Virus record (IMG/VR): IMGVR_UViG_3300010052_000211
Location: 1-48,505 of that record
Direction: 5' to 3' (one strand)
From: a virus
Lineage: Duplodnaviria > Caudoviricetes
Length of the DNA stretch: 48,505 nucleotides
Made by a program: the position numbers and the translations under genes. The notes under the pieces were generated by a model that made no database searches, was not told where the DNA came from, and saw nothing but the letters and a program-made list of their open reading frames with translations. Shown here piece by piece: positions 28,088 to 37,179 of this stretch (positions within the stretch are counted from its first letter, which is position 1; each line of letters starts with the position of its first letter).

Positions 28088-28506
28088 TGGCGCGCAACCA
28101 GTCGGTGCAGCGCTTCCGGGAACTAATGAAGAAACTTCCCAAGGCAATTCAAGACGACATTGCCGCCGAAGTGAACAATCAGGGCAATCGTCTGGCGAAT
28201 GTGATGCGGCTTGCCGTGTCGAAGGGCATCGATGGCCGCAACGAGTTGCTGGAATCGATCCGCGTCGAGCCGGGCAAACAGATCGCGCAAGTCTACGTGA
28301 AGGCGGGCGGCGCGTTGACAACCAAGGAAGTCCGCAAGGGCAGCGGCGTCGAGTACGACTACGCGAACGCTAACGAGTTCGGCACGCAGAAGATGAATGC
28401 GCAACCGTTCTTCTGGCCGTCTTATCGGCTGCTGAAGCCGAGTATCCGGAAGTCGATAAAAGCCGCGGCGAAGAAAGCCATGGGAAAGCTTGTGCCTATC
28501 CAATGA
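28087..28506 (+). CDS. HK97 gp10-like neck protein
   Basis: 'EFGTQKMNAQPFFWPS'. Confidence 0.85.
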   Translation: MARNQSVQRFRELMKKLPKAIQDDIAAEVNNQGNRLANVMRLAVSKGIDGRNELLESIRVEPGKQIAQVYVKAGGALTTKEVRKGSGVEYDYANANEFGTQKMNAQPFFWPSYRLLKPSIRKSIKAAAKKAMGKLVPIQ

Positions 28507-28907
28507 CCATCGCTGATGCATCCCTGCCGTTGCAGAAGGCTATTCTTTCTGCGCTCAAAACCGCGAACATCGCCGGGCAGCGCATCTATGACGCCGTTCC
28601 GGCTTCGCCGGTCTTTCCGTATGTTTCGTTCGGCCCTTTCGACGTATTGACCGAAGAGGCTGATGAATATGAAGGCTCTGACGCAACGCTGCAGATCGAC
28701 GGGTGGTCGCGCGCGACAGGCTCAGTCGAAGTCAAGCAAATCGGCCGCGCCATCCGCGCTGCTCTGCATGGCGCATCACTGCCGCTCGACGAAAATCAGC
28801 GGCTCGTCGCCCTGACTGTGCAGTCCGTCCGATACACGAATGACCCTGACGGCTTGACGTCTCACGCCATTGTTATGGTGCGGGCCCGTACCGAACCTTC
28901 CGCGTAA
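28503..28907 (+). CDS. DUF3168 tail terminator
   Basis: 'LQKAI...IYDAVP...FPYVSFG...DPDGLTSHA'. Confidence 0.85.
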   Translation: MTIADASLPLQKAILSALKTANIAGQRIYDAVPASPVFPYVSFGPFDVLTEEADEYEGSDATLQIDGWSRATGSVEVKQIGRAIRAALHGASLPLDENQRLVALTVQSVRYTNDPDGLTSHAIVMVRARTEPSA

Positions 28908-28944
28908 CTCTCCGATCCACCCTGTAAAATAGGAGGCATTCGCC

Positions 28945-29391
28945 ATGGCGAAGCCGACGACACGTAGCTGGACGAAGCTTTCTATCTGGCCCGGTGACGG
29001 TGCCGACCCTGAGGTTTTCACGTCGAAGGTGTGTGGCCTCACTTCGAAGGGCTTCACCATTTCGTCGGAGACGTCGGATTCGACGGTTCCGGATTGCGGC
29101 GATCCGGATTTGCCGGCGTGGGTCGAGCGCGTCACGCGGTCGAGCTCGGCCGAAATCTCAGGCTCGGGCGTCATGGCCGAAGAGACCTTCGACTTCTGGC
29201 GCGACTGGAAACTCGACGGCACCGCGAAGAATGTCCGCGTGATCATGGACCTGCTCGGCACCCCCGGATACTTCGCCGGCAGCTTCCTGCTGACGTCGCT
29301 GGAGATCACCGGCAACCAGGATGACGGCAAGATCAACGTGACGGTGACCTTGCAGTCGAACGGCGAGATCACCTGGGTGGATTCGCCCTGA
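28945..29391 (+). CDS. Major tail tube protein
   Basis: 'GDGADPEVF...CGL...ISGSGV...LQSNGEITW' (GTA/TP901-like). Confidence 0.85.
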   Translation: MAKPTTRSWTKLSIWPGDGADPEVFTSKVCGLTSKGFTISSETSDSTVPDCGDPDLPAWVERVTRSSSAEISGSGVMAEETFDFWRDWKLDGTAKNVRVIMDLLGTPGYFAGSFLLTSLEITGNQDDGKINVTVTLQSNGEITWVDSP

Positions 29392-29867
29392 TGGTGAATG
29401 GGCATGTGGTGCTCACTTGGGCGGATGGTGAGCACACCTTCAATATCGCCAAGCTCAAAGAGGTCTTTGAGCTTGAGGATAAGTGTGGCGCGGGCGTCGG
29501 TGAGATTTTCGATCGCGTGCGTGCCGGCCGCTGGCGCTGGATCGATGTCCGCGAGACCGTGCGGCTCGGCCTGATCGGCGGCGGCATGGAGCCGGTCCCG
29601 GCGCTGACGCTCGTGCAGCGCTATGTCGACAACCGGCCATGGCAGGAAAGCCGACAGGTCGCGATGGCGATCCTGCTGGCCGCCATGGTCGGTGTGGAGG
29701 GTGATAACCCCACAAAAAAAGCCGAAGCGGATCGGGCCCCGGACAGCAAATCTACCACGCCGACGGACGGCTCGTCCGATCCGCAATCTACGGGCGCGGC
29801 GCCGGCATCGGCTGGACGCCAAACCAAACGCGAGCAGCGACCCTCTGGGAGCTCTGGGCCTGCATAG
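29391..29867 (+). CDS. Tail assembly chaperone G
   Basis: 'ELEDKCGAG...VRETVRLGLIGGGM'; lies between the tube and tape measure genes. Confidence 0.8.
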   Translation: MVNGHVVLTWADGEHTFNIAKLKEVFELEDKCGAGVGEIFDRVRAGRWRWIDVRETVRLGLIGGGMEPVPALTLVQRYVDNRPWQESRQVAMAILLAAMVGVEGDNPTKKAEADRAPDSKSTTPTDGSSDPQSTGAAPASAGRQTKREQRPSGSSGPA

Positions 29868-29977
29868 AGGGCTACAACCGCGCCCAAGGCGCGGAAGAGC
29901 AACCGGAAGCCCCCACGGCTGCCGAGTTCGACGCGATGATCGCCAAGCACGGTCCTATGATGAGCGGGATTCATTGA
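29714..29977 (+). CDS. -1 frameshift extension giving chaperone GT (not in ORF track)
   Basis: Slippery A AAA AAA at 29714-29720; the -1 frame reads ...GIGWTPNQTRAATLWELWACIEGYNRAQ...EFDAMI and stops at 29977, just before the TMP. Confidence 0.82.
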   Translation, partial: KKSRSGSGPGQQIYHADGRLVRSAIYGRGAGIGWTPNQTRAATLWELWACIEGYNRAQGAEEQPEAPTAAEFDAMIAKHGPMMSGIH

Positions 29978-29980
29978 CGC

Positions 29981-31900
29981 ATGGCTGACGACGTCAAGTT
30001 GGTGACCGCGCTCGAAGCGCGGCTCAACACCTTCGAAAAGCAACTCAATCAGGCGGGGATCATGGCCGATCAGGCCGTGTCCTCGATTGAGGATCGCTTT
30101 GCGAAGCTGAACCCGCAACTCGGAGCCAATTTCATGGGGCGGATCGTGACTGCGCTCACGGCCGGCGGCGCGGTCGCGTCCATCATCGCAGCGACGAATG
30201 CCTTGGCGGAATTGGGTGATCGCGCCGTCGATCTTAGGATGCCAGTCGAGCAACTTCAGGCGTTGAGCCTCGCGGCCAAGGACGCTCGCGTTTCAAATGA
30301 CGAGTTGAGCAAGGCGCTGACGACCTTCACGTCGGTGTCGAAGCAAAGCGACGATGCCGGAAACAAATTCTACAATTCGCTGCGCAACATTGGCGGCGGG
30401 TTTGTGGATGCGTTCAAGAACGCTGACACGCAATCGGATCGTTTGCGGATTATCGGCCAGGCGCTGGCGTCAACGGGAGACGAAGTGAAGCGTGCGCAAC
30501 TGACCTTGACGGCGTTCGGCAGCGACAGCGAGCGGCTTACGCAGTTTTTCGAGAACGGCGCGGATCGCATCGCGGAATTCACCCGCAAGGCGCGCGAGTG
30601 GGGCATCACGATCGACGACAGCATGGTGCGCAAGGCACAGGAAGCGCAGTCGACGATCAGTCTGTTGGCGAGCGCGCTTGGCAACAAGCTGCTCGCCTCG
30701 ATCGGCGATCTGCTCCCGGCGCTGCGGGAATTCATCCCGTATCTGGAGAAGATGGGCGCCGCGGCGCGTGATGCGCTCGCGTCCTTCGCCAGCCCAGGCA
30801 GTCGGCCGACGTCCACGATCAAGAACGAAATCGCGGACCTTGAGGATTCTATCTCGGAGTTCACAAAGAAACGCGATGACCTGCTGGAGAAGCGCGAGCG
30901 CGCACCGGCTGGCAACTTCATGAACAACTTCTTTGGCACGACCAAAGATACGATCGACAGCGATATCAACGATCTGAATCAGAAGCTCGATCAGTACGGC
31001 GCGGTCTTGGCCCGCCGCCGCGGCCTGCTTCAATCGCGGCTCGATAGTGACCAGCCGCCGCCGGACACGCCGACATCGGCCTTCGAGCCGCGCCCCGACC
31101 TTGGCAAGCAAAAGGACACAGCTTTCGACCGGCAGATCGAGCAGATCAACAAGCGCATCGCAGCCTATCAGGCGGAAACCGACACGGTCGGCATGAACGT
31201 CGAGGCCAAAGCGCAAGCGCGTGCAGAAGCCGAACTGACGGAAGCCTTGCTCCGCTCCGGGATCGAAATCAACGATGCCTATGCCGCGAAGATTGACGAA
31301 GTGTCGGCGGCGTTCGGTCGTGCTGCCGCCGCGACTGCCGCGGCAAAGCGAGACTTTGAGGGCGCCAATGACGCCGCCCGCTTTGTCGGGAATCAACTCG
31401 CCAGCGCTTTGAGCAATATCGACGCTTCGACCAAAGGCATCGATCTGTTGCGATCTGCGGTGCGCAGCTTGACCAACGAGTTGATCAAGGCGGCGCTGAC
31501 CGGCGAGGGGGCGTTCGCGAAGATCCTTGGCTTTGCGTCTACGACCGGGGGAACGGGCGGCATTATGGGGGCGCTTGCTAGTGTTTTTGGTGGTGGCCGA
31601 GCTTCTGGTGGCCCTGTGTCGAGCAGCAAGGCTTATCTCGTCGGCGAGAATGGTCCGGAGATTTTTTCACCGAACACGGCCGGCCGCATCATTCCCAATG
31701 GGGTTTCGATGCCGAACGGGCGTGGTGACATCAACGTCTCCATCACGTCCGCCCCTGTTTTTCAGGCCGGCATGACGCCGACCGACATCGCGGCGATCGA
31801 AAGCCGGTTACAGGAAAACAATGTGGTCCTGCGGCAGCAGGTGCAGACAGATCTGCGCGACTCCATCCGTCTCGACCATGACACGTTGACGCGCTCATGA
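29981..31900 (+). CDS. Tail tape measure protein
   Basis: Helical, Ala-rich, 639 aa; C-terminal 'RASGGPV...YLVGENGPEIF.P'. Confidence 0.9.
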   Translation: MADDVKLVTALEARLNTFEKQLNQAGIMADQAVSSIEDRFAKLNPQLGANFMGRIVTALTAGGAVASIIAATNALAELGDRAVDLRMPVEQLQALSLAAKDARVSNDELSKALTTFTSVSKQSDDAGNKFYNSLRNIGGGFVDAFKNADTQSDRLRIIGQALASTGDEVKRAQLTLTAFGSDSERLTQFFENGADRIAEFTRKAREWGITIDDSMVRKAQEAQSTISLLASALGNKLLASIGDLLPALREFIPYLEKMGAAARDALASFASPGSRPTSTIKNEIADLEDSISEFTKKRDDLLEKRERAPAGNFMNNFFGTTKDTIDSDINDLNQKLDQYGAVLARRRGLLQSRLDSDQPPPDTPTSAFEPRPDLGKQKDTAFDRQIEQINKRIAAYQAETDTVGMNVEAKAQARAEAELTEALLRSGIEINDAYAAKIDEVSAAFGRAAAATAAAKRDFEGANDAARFVGNQLASALSNIDASTKGIDLLRSAVRSLTNELIKAALTGEGAFAKILGFASTTGGTGGIMGALASVFGGGRASGGPVSSSKAYLVGENGPEIFSPNTAGRIIPNGVSMPNGRGDINVSITSAPVFQAGMTPTDIAAIESRLQENNVVLRQQVQTDLRDSIRLDHDTLTRS

Positions 31901-32655
31901 CCGACACCGTCGAGACTGTCTGGGAATTGCCGCGGCACATGCGTGCGGCGGTGCAGGGTACCTTCAGTCTGTCGCAGCCTGCGATCGATAACACCTCGCC
32001 ATGGACTGGCGAGCGCTCGCCCTATGGGCCCTTCGTGCAAATCTGGATGGCCGATATCAAGCCGCCAGCGGCGCTCAGTGCGGCCAAGGCGCATGAAGGC
32101 CAGCCATCATGGCGAGACTGGCAGGGGTTCATCACGCGGCTGCGGGGTACCACGGGCAAGGTCCGCCTCGTCGACTACTACCGTATGCGGCCGGTCTACG
32201 ATGAGAAGAATCCCGGCACGCTGTCGAACTGGTCGGGTGGCTCGGCGTGGTCGGATGGATCGCAGTGGGCGGCTGGTGCGCTGCCGCCGTTCGTGACGCT
32301 CGACGAGCCGGCTGTTGCCGGACAGGACTCGATCGTGTTGCGCGGCCTGCCCGCGAACATCGAGGCGGTGCTCAATCCAAGCGATCTGATCGAGCTTCGC
32401 CCGAACGGCATCCCGACGCCCTGGGGCAATCTCTACGAGATCACCGCGGTCTCCCGCACCAATGCGGACGGGAAGTGCCGCGTTTATTTCGAGGGCGCGC
32501 TGCATGAGGATTTCGCCATGGGCGATATGGTGGTGCTGCGCGAGCCGACCTGCGTTTTCCGGCTGGCCGACAAGGATCAAGGCATCGTCACGCGCTCGCT
32601 TGGCAATGTCGGCAATCTCGGTTTCAGGTTGATCGAAGTGGTGCGCGATGTCTGA
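31897..32655 (+). CDS. Putative distal tail protein
   Basis: Position after the TMP; coupled. Confidence 0.55.
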   Translation: MTDTVETVWELPRHMRAAVQGTFSLSQPAIDNTSPWTGERSPYGPFVQIWMADIKPPAALSAAKAHEGQPSWRDWQGFITRLRGTTGKVRLVDYYRMRPVYDEKNPGTLSNWSGGSAWSDGSQWAAGALPPFVTLDEPAVAGQDSIVLRGLPANIEAVLNPSDLIELRPNGIPTPWGNLYEITAVSRTNADGKCRVYFEGALHEDFAMGDMVVLREPTCVFRLADKDQGIVTRSLGNVGNLGFRLIEVVRDV

Positions 32656-33205
32656 AATCTCGCCCGCGCTGGCGCGCGCCTATCGCGTCGGACACTCGCC
32701 GTTCCTGCTGTTCTATTGCGACCACCCGTCCGGGCCGGTGCGGTATTGGTCGCGCACCGGCATTCTGCCCTGGGGTGGATACGAATGGACCGGCTGCGGC
32801 ATTCTCGGCCAGATCAGCGGCGCATCGCGGTCAGTCGATCTTGCCATCAATGAGGTCACCTTCACGCTGCGAGGCGTGCCCCCGACAGCGACACAGATCC
32901 TCTCAGGTCTGGTGCGCAACAAGACGGCGACCGTCACCCGCGGTGCAATCTCAAAGCGTGGCCTGATCACGGTCGACGATGAACCGACAATCGACGCGCT
33001 TTGCGATTACCAGAAGCTCAAGGTCGATCCCAAGAATGGAACGGCGACGATCCAGATCGTCGGGCAGCAGGGTTTCCGCATCCTCGATCGCGCGCAAGAT
33101 ATCGCACTCACCGATCAGCAGCAGCGCTCCGAATATCCCGACGATTGCGGCATGGCTTTGGTGCACACCTTCGTGAACCGCGATTCCAACTGGCGATCGG
33201 CATGA
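32648..33205 (+). CDS. Putative tail hub/minor tail protein
   Basis: 'WGGYEWTGCG.LG.I...TDQQQRSEYPDD'. Confidence 0.6.
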   Translation: MSEISPALARAYRVGHSPFLLFYCDHPSGPVRYWSRTGILPWGGYEWTGCGILGQISGASRSVDLAINEVTFTLRGVPPTATQILSGLVRNKTATVTRGAISKRGLITVDDEPTIDALCDYQKLKVDPKNGTATIQIVGQQGFRILDRAQDIALTDQQQRSEYPDDCGMALVHTFVNRDSNWRSA

Positions 33206-33633
33206 CGCGCGACGAGCGGGCGCTGCGGCGCCGGGTTCAATACCATCTGCGCAAGGCGATGCGCGCTGCGGTGGGCCGGCCGATGCAGTGGGGCCGGGAC
33301 GACTGCGCGCTGTTTCACGGCGATGTGCATCTGGCGGCAACCGGGTTCGATCCGTGCTCGGCCTATCGCGGGCGCTACCGCACGATGCGCGGCGCACATC
33401 GGGTACTGGGCCGGGGTGGTCTGCCCAAGGCGCTGCGCGCCGTCGCGCGCCGGCAGGGCTGGCGGCGGGTCAAGGCGGTCGATGCCCGGATCGGCGATGT
33501 CGGGCTGGTGCCGGTCGGCCGTGCTGTGGCGGTCGTGGTCTGTGTTCGCTGGGGTGAGTGGGTGGGCCGTAACGAAGCAGGCTTTTCGATCGTTCCGTCA
33601 GCGGCGGTGAGGGTAGCATGGACCATCTGTTGA
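33202..33633 (+). CDS. NlpC/P60-like tail-associated protein (gpK-like)
   Basis: 'WGRDDCALF...RGRY...ARIGDV'. Confidence 0.7.
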   Translation: MTRDERALRRRVQYHLRKAMRAAVGRPMQWGRDDCALFHGDVHLAATGFDPCSAYRGRYRTMRGAHRVLGRGGLPKALRAVARRQGWRRVKAVDARIGDVGLVPVGRAVAVVVCVRWGEWVGRNEAGFSIVPSAAVRVAWTIC

Positions 33634-35297
33634 GGCTGAACCGGTACGCGGGAGATGATCTGCACTGGGCCGGTGTGCCCCGCGAGCCGATTTCAACCTC
33701 GATTGCTTTAACGGCTCTCATTTTCAACTCGTTGAGTGCCGCCGGTATTGCAATATCTGTTGGCGCGGCGGGAGCCATCGGCGGTGCGCTGATCACCGGC
33801 GCAGTTCTTGTCGGCGCTCAGTTTGCGCTTCGGAAGTCTGTTCCTGATGTAGGGGGACTCGACTCTACTGGAGTAGCGAATGTTAACACGCCCTCTGCGC
33901 GCGGGTCGATCCGCGAGTCGGCATCGCCGCAGCGCCGCATCTATGGTCGGGTGGGTGGTCTGGGTGGCGGCTGGCTGTTCTATGACGATGCGACGGCGCA
34001 ATACCAGTATCTCATGCTGGGTCTGGCGCGGGGGCGCATCCACGCTATCCGCTCCGTGACGATCAACAATAACCGGATCACGTTCTCGGGCGGAACGCCG
34101 TTCAACACCATCCTCGATCCGGTCGGAGTGGAAGGGCAGGATTACGTCGGTAATCTAAAAGCCTGTTTCCGAAATGGCAGCGCTGACCAGACGAAAGACC
34201 CCTTGCTCGACGCCTATTTCCCGGCAAGCGGAAGCGAGATCGTCTACGACAGCACCGGGCTCAATGTAGTCAATCTGCCGACGTCGTTCCGGCAAAGCGG
34301 CTATGCGACCGCGTCGTTCCGCGCGAAATTCGGCTCGACTCAAGATCAGTTCGATGCTCGCTGGGGGCATGTCGCTTACATCAATCCGCTGATGGAAGTC
34401 GACGGCCATCCGCTGTTCGATCCGCGCGATCCGTCGCAGGACATGAACGACGAGAGTACCTGGAAGTTCTACTACGATGGCCGCGAGCCGGGACGGAATC
34501 CGACGCTGATCCAGCGGGACTGGTTGTGCCAGCCTTTCGGCGGCCGGCTGCGTCCCGATCAAATCCGTCTCGATGAGATGATCGAAGCTGCCAACTACGA
34601 CGACGAAATGGTTGGTGACCGCGACGGCAATCTGCGGGTTCGCCACCAGGCCGATGGGCTTGTGCTGCTCAACGAAAACCCGCGCCACGTGACGGAAGCA
34701 ATGCTGACCGCAAACCGGGCATGGATCGTCAATTCGCGCGGGAGATCAGGATGGGTGGCGTCAAAGCCGCTCACGCCGGTGCTCACGATCACCGAAACGG
34801 ATATTCGCGGCGGCTTCGACTTCCGCGACAGCGCGGCCAAGAACGATCAGTTCAACCGGGTCCGCACGCGCTTCCCGTCTCCGGACAAGGATTTTGCAGA
34901 GGATGACGGCCCCGTGCTCGACCGTGCCGATCTGCGCGCGGACGAGGATGGCGACGAACTGCTCGACACCAGCGTGCGCACGCCATTCACGACCGATCAG
35001 CGCGCCGTGCAGTGGCTGTCCCAGCAGTTCTTGGAAGACTCCCGCACCGGAAAGGCGCTCGACATCGCTAATCTCGACGCGATCTCCGCGCGCATCCTGA
35101 AGCGCAAGCTCGGCAACGTCGTGCGCGTGCAGCACCGCTTTTACCCAGAAATCGATGGCATCTATCAGATCCGCAAGGATGCGATCTCGTCGGACTGGAC
35201 CGGCGTGTCGTGGTCGCTGCGGGAATACGATTCGTCGATCGCGTCGCGTGATCGGTCGGCAGACCAGCAAGATTATCAGGTCGGCGAAGCCGCCTAA
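33618..35297 (+). CDS. Tail tip/central fibre protein (gpJ-like)
   Basis: 'RRIYGR', 'DPRD', 'NP.L...D', 'FNRVR.RF'; position. Confidence 0.75.
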   Translation: MDHLLRLNRYAGDDLHWAGVPREPISTSIALTALIFNSLSAAGIAISVGAAGAIGGALITGAVLVGAQFALRKSVPDVGGLDSTGVANVNTPSARGSIRESASPQRRIYGRVGGLGGGWLFYDDATAQYQYLMLGLARGRIHAIRSVTINNNRITFSGGTPFNTILDPVGVEGQDYVGNLKACFRNGSADQTKDPLLDAYFPASGSEIVYDSTGLNVVNLPTSFRQSGYATASFRAKFGSTQDQFDARWGHVAYINPLMEVDGHPLFDPRDPSQDMNDESTWKFYYDGREPGRNPTLIQRDWLCQPFGGRLRPDQIRLDEMIEAANYDDEMVGDRDGNLRVRHQADGLVLLNENPRHVTEAMLTANRAWIVNSRGRSGWVASKPLTPVLTITETDIRGGFDFRDSAAKNDQFNRVRTRFPSPDKDFAEDDGPVLDRADLRADEDGDELLDTSVRTPFTTDQRAVQWLSQQFLEDSRTGKALDIANLDAISARILKRKLGNVVRVQHRFYPEIDGIYQIRKDAISSDWTGVSWSLREYDSSIASRDRSADQQDYQVGEAA

Positions 35298-35311
35298 CCA
35301 TCGGACCAGAT

Positions 35312-36589
35312 ATGGCTCAATCCGCTCTTCCCGCGGCCATTGCGGCGCGCGACCCCGCCGCCATGCGCGCGGCCATCGTCGGCGAGCTCGTGCCGGTGAT
35401 CCCGTCGAATATTGATCCGCAGACGTGGGACCCGCGCGAGCTCGGGACGTCGGGCGGTAATGTCTGGCAGGCGGTGATCTGGCAGGAACGCATCTGGTAT
35501 CGCGACGAGACCAGCGTAGCCGATCATGATGAGGTGACGGTTATCGCGCTGCTCGATGGCGGCCGATACCTGACCAACGATGTGAAGTTTCCAGGTTCGG
35601 TCAAGTCGCGAGCCGTCACGACGCCGCCCGATCCGCTGGACGCCGATCCCGGCGCGCGGCCGGCTTATGGCGAGGCCTGGCGCGTGCCGACGGGCGCTTC
35701 CGGGGCGTGGTCGGCGCACGAAGACGATGTGGCGATGTGGTCCGCGCGAGGGTGGCGGTATAAGCCGGCTGCGACCGGCGATCTCCACTATGTCGAAGAC
35801 GAGAGCACGTTCGAGCATTTCAGCGCCGCGGCCGCTTGGGAAGATGGCATCCCGTTCGGGGTGACAGCCTCCACGATCCCGCAGTCGGCGCTGATCTGGG
35901 ACGGCCGCGTCCAGAACCAGACCACCAACGCGCCGCCATCCGCAGCACAGGGAGTGGCCTATATCATCGGCCCGTCACCGACGGGTGCATGGGACGGGAA
36001 TGCCGGAAAGCTCGCGATCCGCGAGAGCGCCGGCACCAATTCGACATATGTGATCTATACGCCGAAGGTTGGGCAGCCGGTGTTCGACATTGCTCTTGGA
36101 ATTCCTGTTCGGTGGGATGGGACTGCTTGGGTTTCCGCTTCCGGCGCGTGGGTCGGACAGAAGGCGGTGTTAACCGCCGCATCAACCGTGGGGGCGACAT
36201 CCGGAAGCGGATTTTATGGCGGTTACAAGAACAACCAAACGCCAGCCGGCGAGGCCAAACGAACCGATGGTGCACCGCTGTCTTATACCGCAAAGCGCGC
36301 TGGCGTTGATTTGCGGTTCATGGTGCAAGCGACTTGTGATCTGACAATACCTAGCACTGGTCACACTGTGCTGGCTGTCGCGCTTTATCGCGACAGCGAG
36401 ACAACAGCGATTGATTACACATCGCTCTATTGCAAAGAGTCCGGCGAAATCCAGATTTCCGCGATTTTCCGCGTCACGGCGATCGATGCGCTGTCTCATA
36501 CATATAAATGGGCCGTCTTGGCCTGGGATAATTCGAACGGGGCGAACAGCTTTAGCCGTCGCACATTCGAAGTGATGGAGGGTGCGTGA
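35312..36589 (+). CDS. Fibre/spike protein with two DUF2793-like repeats
   Basis: 'TPP...G..W.VPTGASGAWSAH...W...GW' and 'APP...G.AYIIGPSPTGAWDGNAG...WDGTAW'. Confidence 0.7.
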   Translation: MAQSALPAAIAARDPAAMRAAIVGELVPVIPSNIDPQTWDPRELGTSGGNVWQAVIWQERIWYRDETSVADHDEVTVIALLDGGRYLTNDVKFPGSVKSRAVTTPPDPLDADPGARPAYGEAWRVPTGASGAWSAHEDDVAMWSARGWRYKPAATGDLHYVEDESTFEHFSAAAAWEDGIPFGVTASTIPQSALIWDGRVQNQTTNAPPSAAQGVAYIIGPSPTGAWDGNAGKLAIRESAGTNSTYVIYTPKVGQPVFDIALGIPVRWDGTAWVSASGAWVGQKAVLTAASTVGATSGSGFYGGYKNNQTPAGEAKRTDGAPLSYTAKRAGVDLRFMVQATCDLTIPSTGHTVLAVALYRDSETTAIDYTSLYCKESGEIQISAIFRVTAIDALSHTYKWAVLAWDNSNGANSFSRRTFEVMEGA

Positions 36590-37167
36590 TGGCTGGTACG
36601 CCACATCCTTTTGCGGCGCCCTATGCGAACCGCGATGCATCAGATCTGCTCTCTGCGGAGAAGGTCTATAACCGCAAGACCATTGCCGACACAAATGCCA
36701 TCGTCAATGGCGATTGGTCGGGACAATTCGGCGGCCTGCATCTGCTGTCGGATAATTCCGACTGGGATATCGACACGTCAGATACGACGACGGCCGCCGA
36801 CCATGTGAATTTCGAGCGGGATGCGAATGGCATTCTGTTCAAGCGGGTGCAGCCGACCGTCACGGTGACTTCGAAACTCATCACAGCAACAGGCAACGTC
36901 ACGATTGCCGATGATGAGGCGGCGGACGAGATCGAGATCAACAACACGAGCGCGGGCGCGATCAACGTTTATTTGCCGGACGTCGCGTTGCGCGACAAGT
37001 CCATCACGATCACCGATGTGGCCGGGAACGCCGCGACGAAAACCATCACGGTGCTGCCTAAGTCCGGCAGCGGCCAGACGATCATGACCGGCTCAAGTTG
37101 GCTTATCGACAGCAACGGCGGCGGCATCAAGCTCACGCCGAATTCAGCCAAGACCGGCTACAAGTAA
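36586..37167 (+). CDS. Putative fibre adaptor/connector
   Basis: C-terminal 'AINVYLP...ITITDVAGNAATKTITV...GQTI' resembles T4 gp9/gp34-N-type fibre-attachment repeats. Confidence 0.5.
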   Translation: MMAGTPHPFAAPYANRDASDLLSAEKVYNRKTIADTNAIVNGDWSGQFGGLHLLSDNSDWDIDTSDTTTAADHVNFERDANGILFKRVQPTVTVTSKLITATGNVTIADDEAADEIEINNTSAGAINVYLPDVALRDKSITITDVAGNAATKTITVLPKSGSGQTIMTGSSWLIDSNGGGIKLTPNSAKTGYK

Positions 37168-37179
37168 GGGCCTTCAAAC

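Noticed and set aside
28503-29977. Gene transfer agent cluster
   Set aside because: Tail genes are GTA-like, but the element has integrase, att sites, immunity, replication and HNH/cos-type packaging, so it is a prophage.
29623-29988. 121-aa ORF as the frameshift partner
   Set aside because: It is the +1 frame with Arg-rich, non-protein-like composition; the chaperone motif is in the -1 frame.
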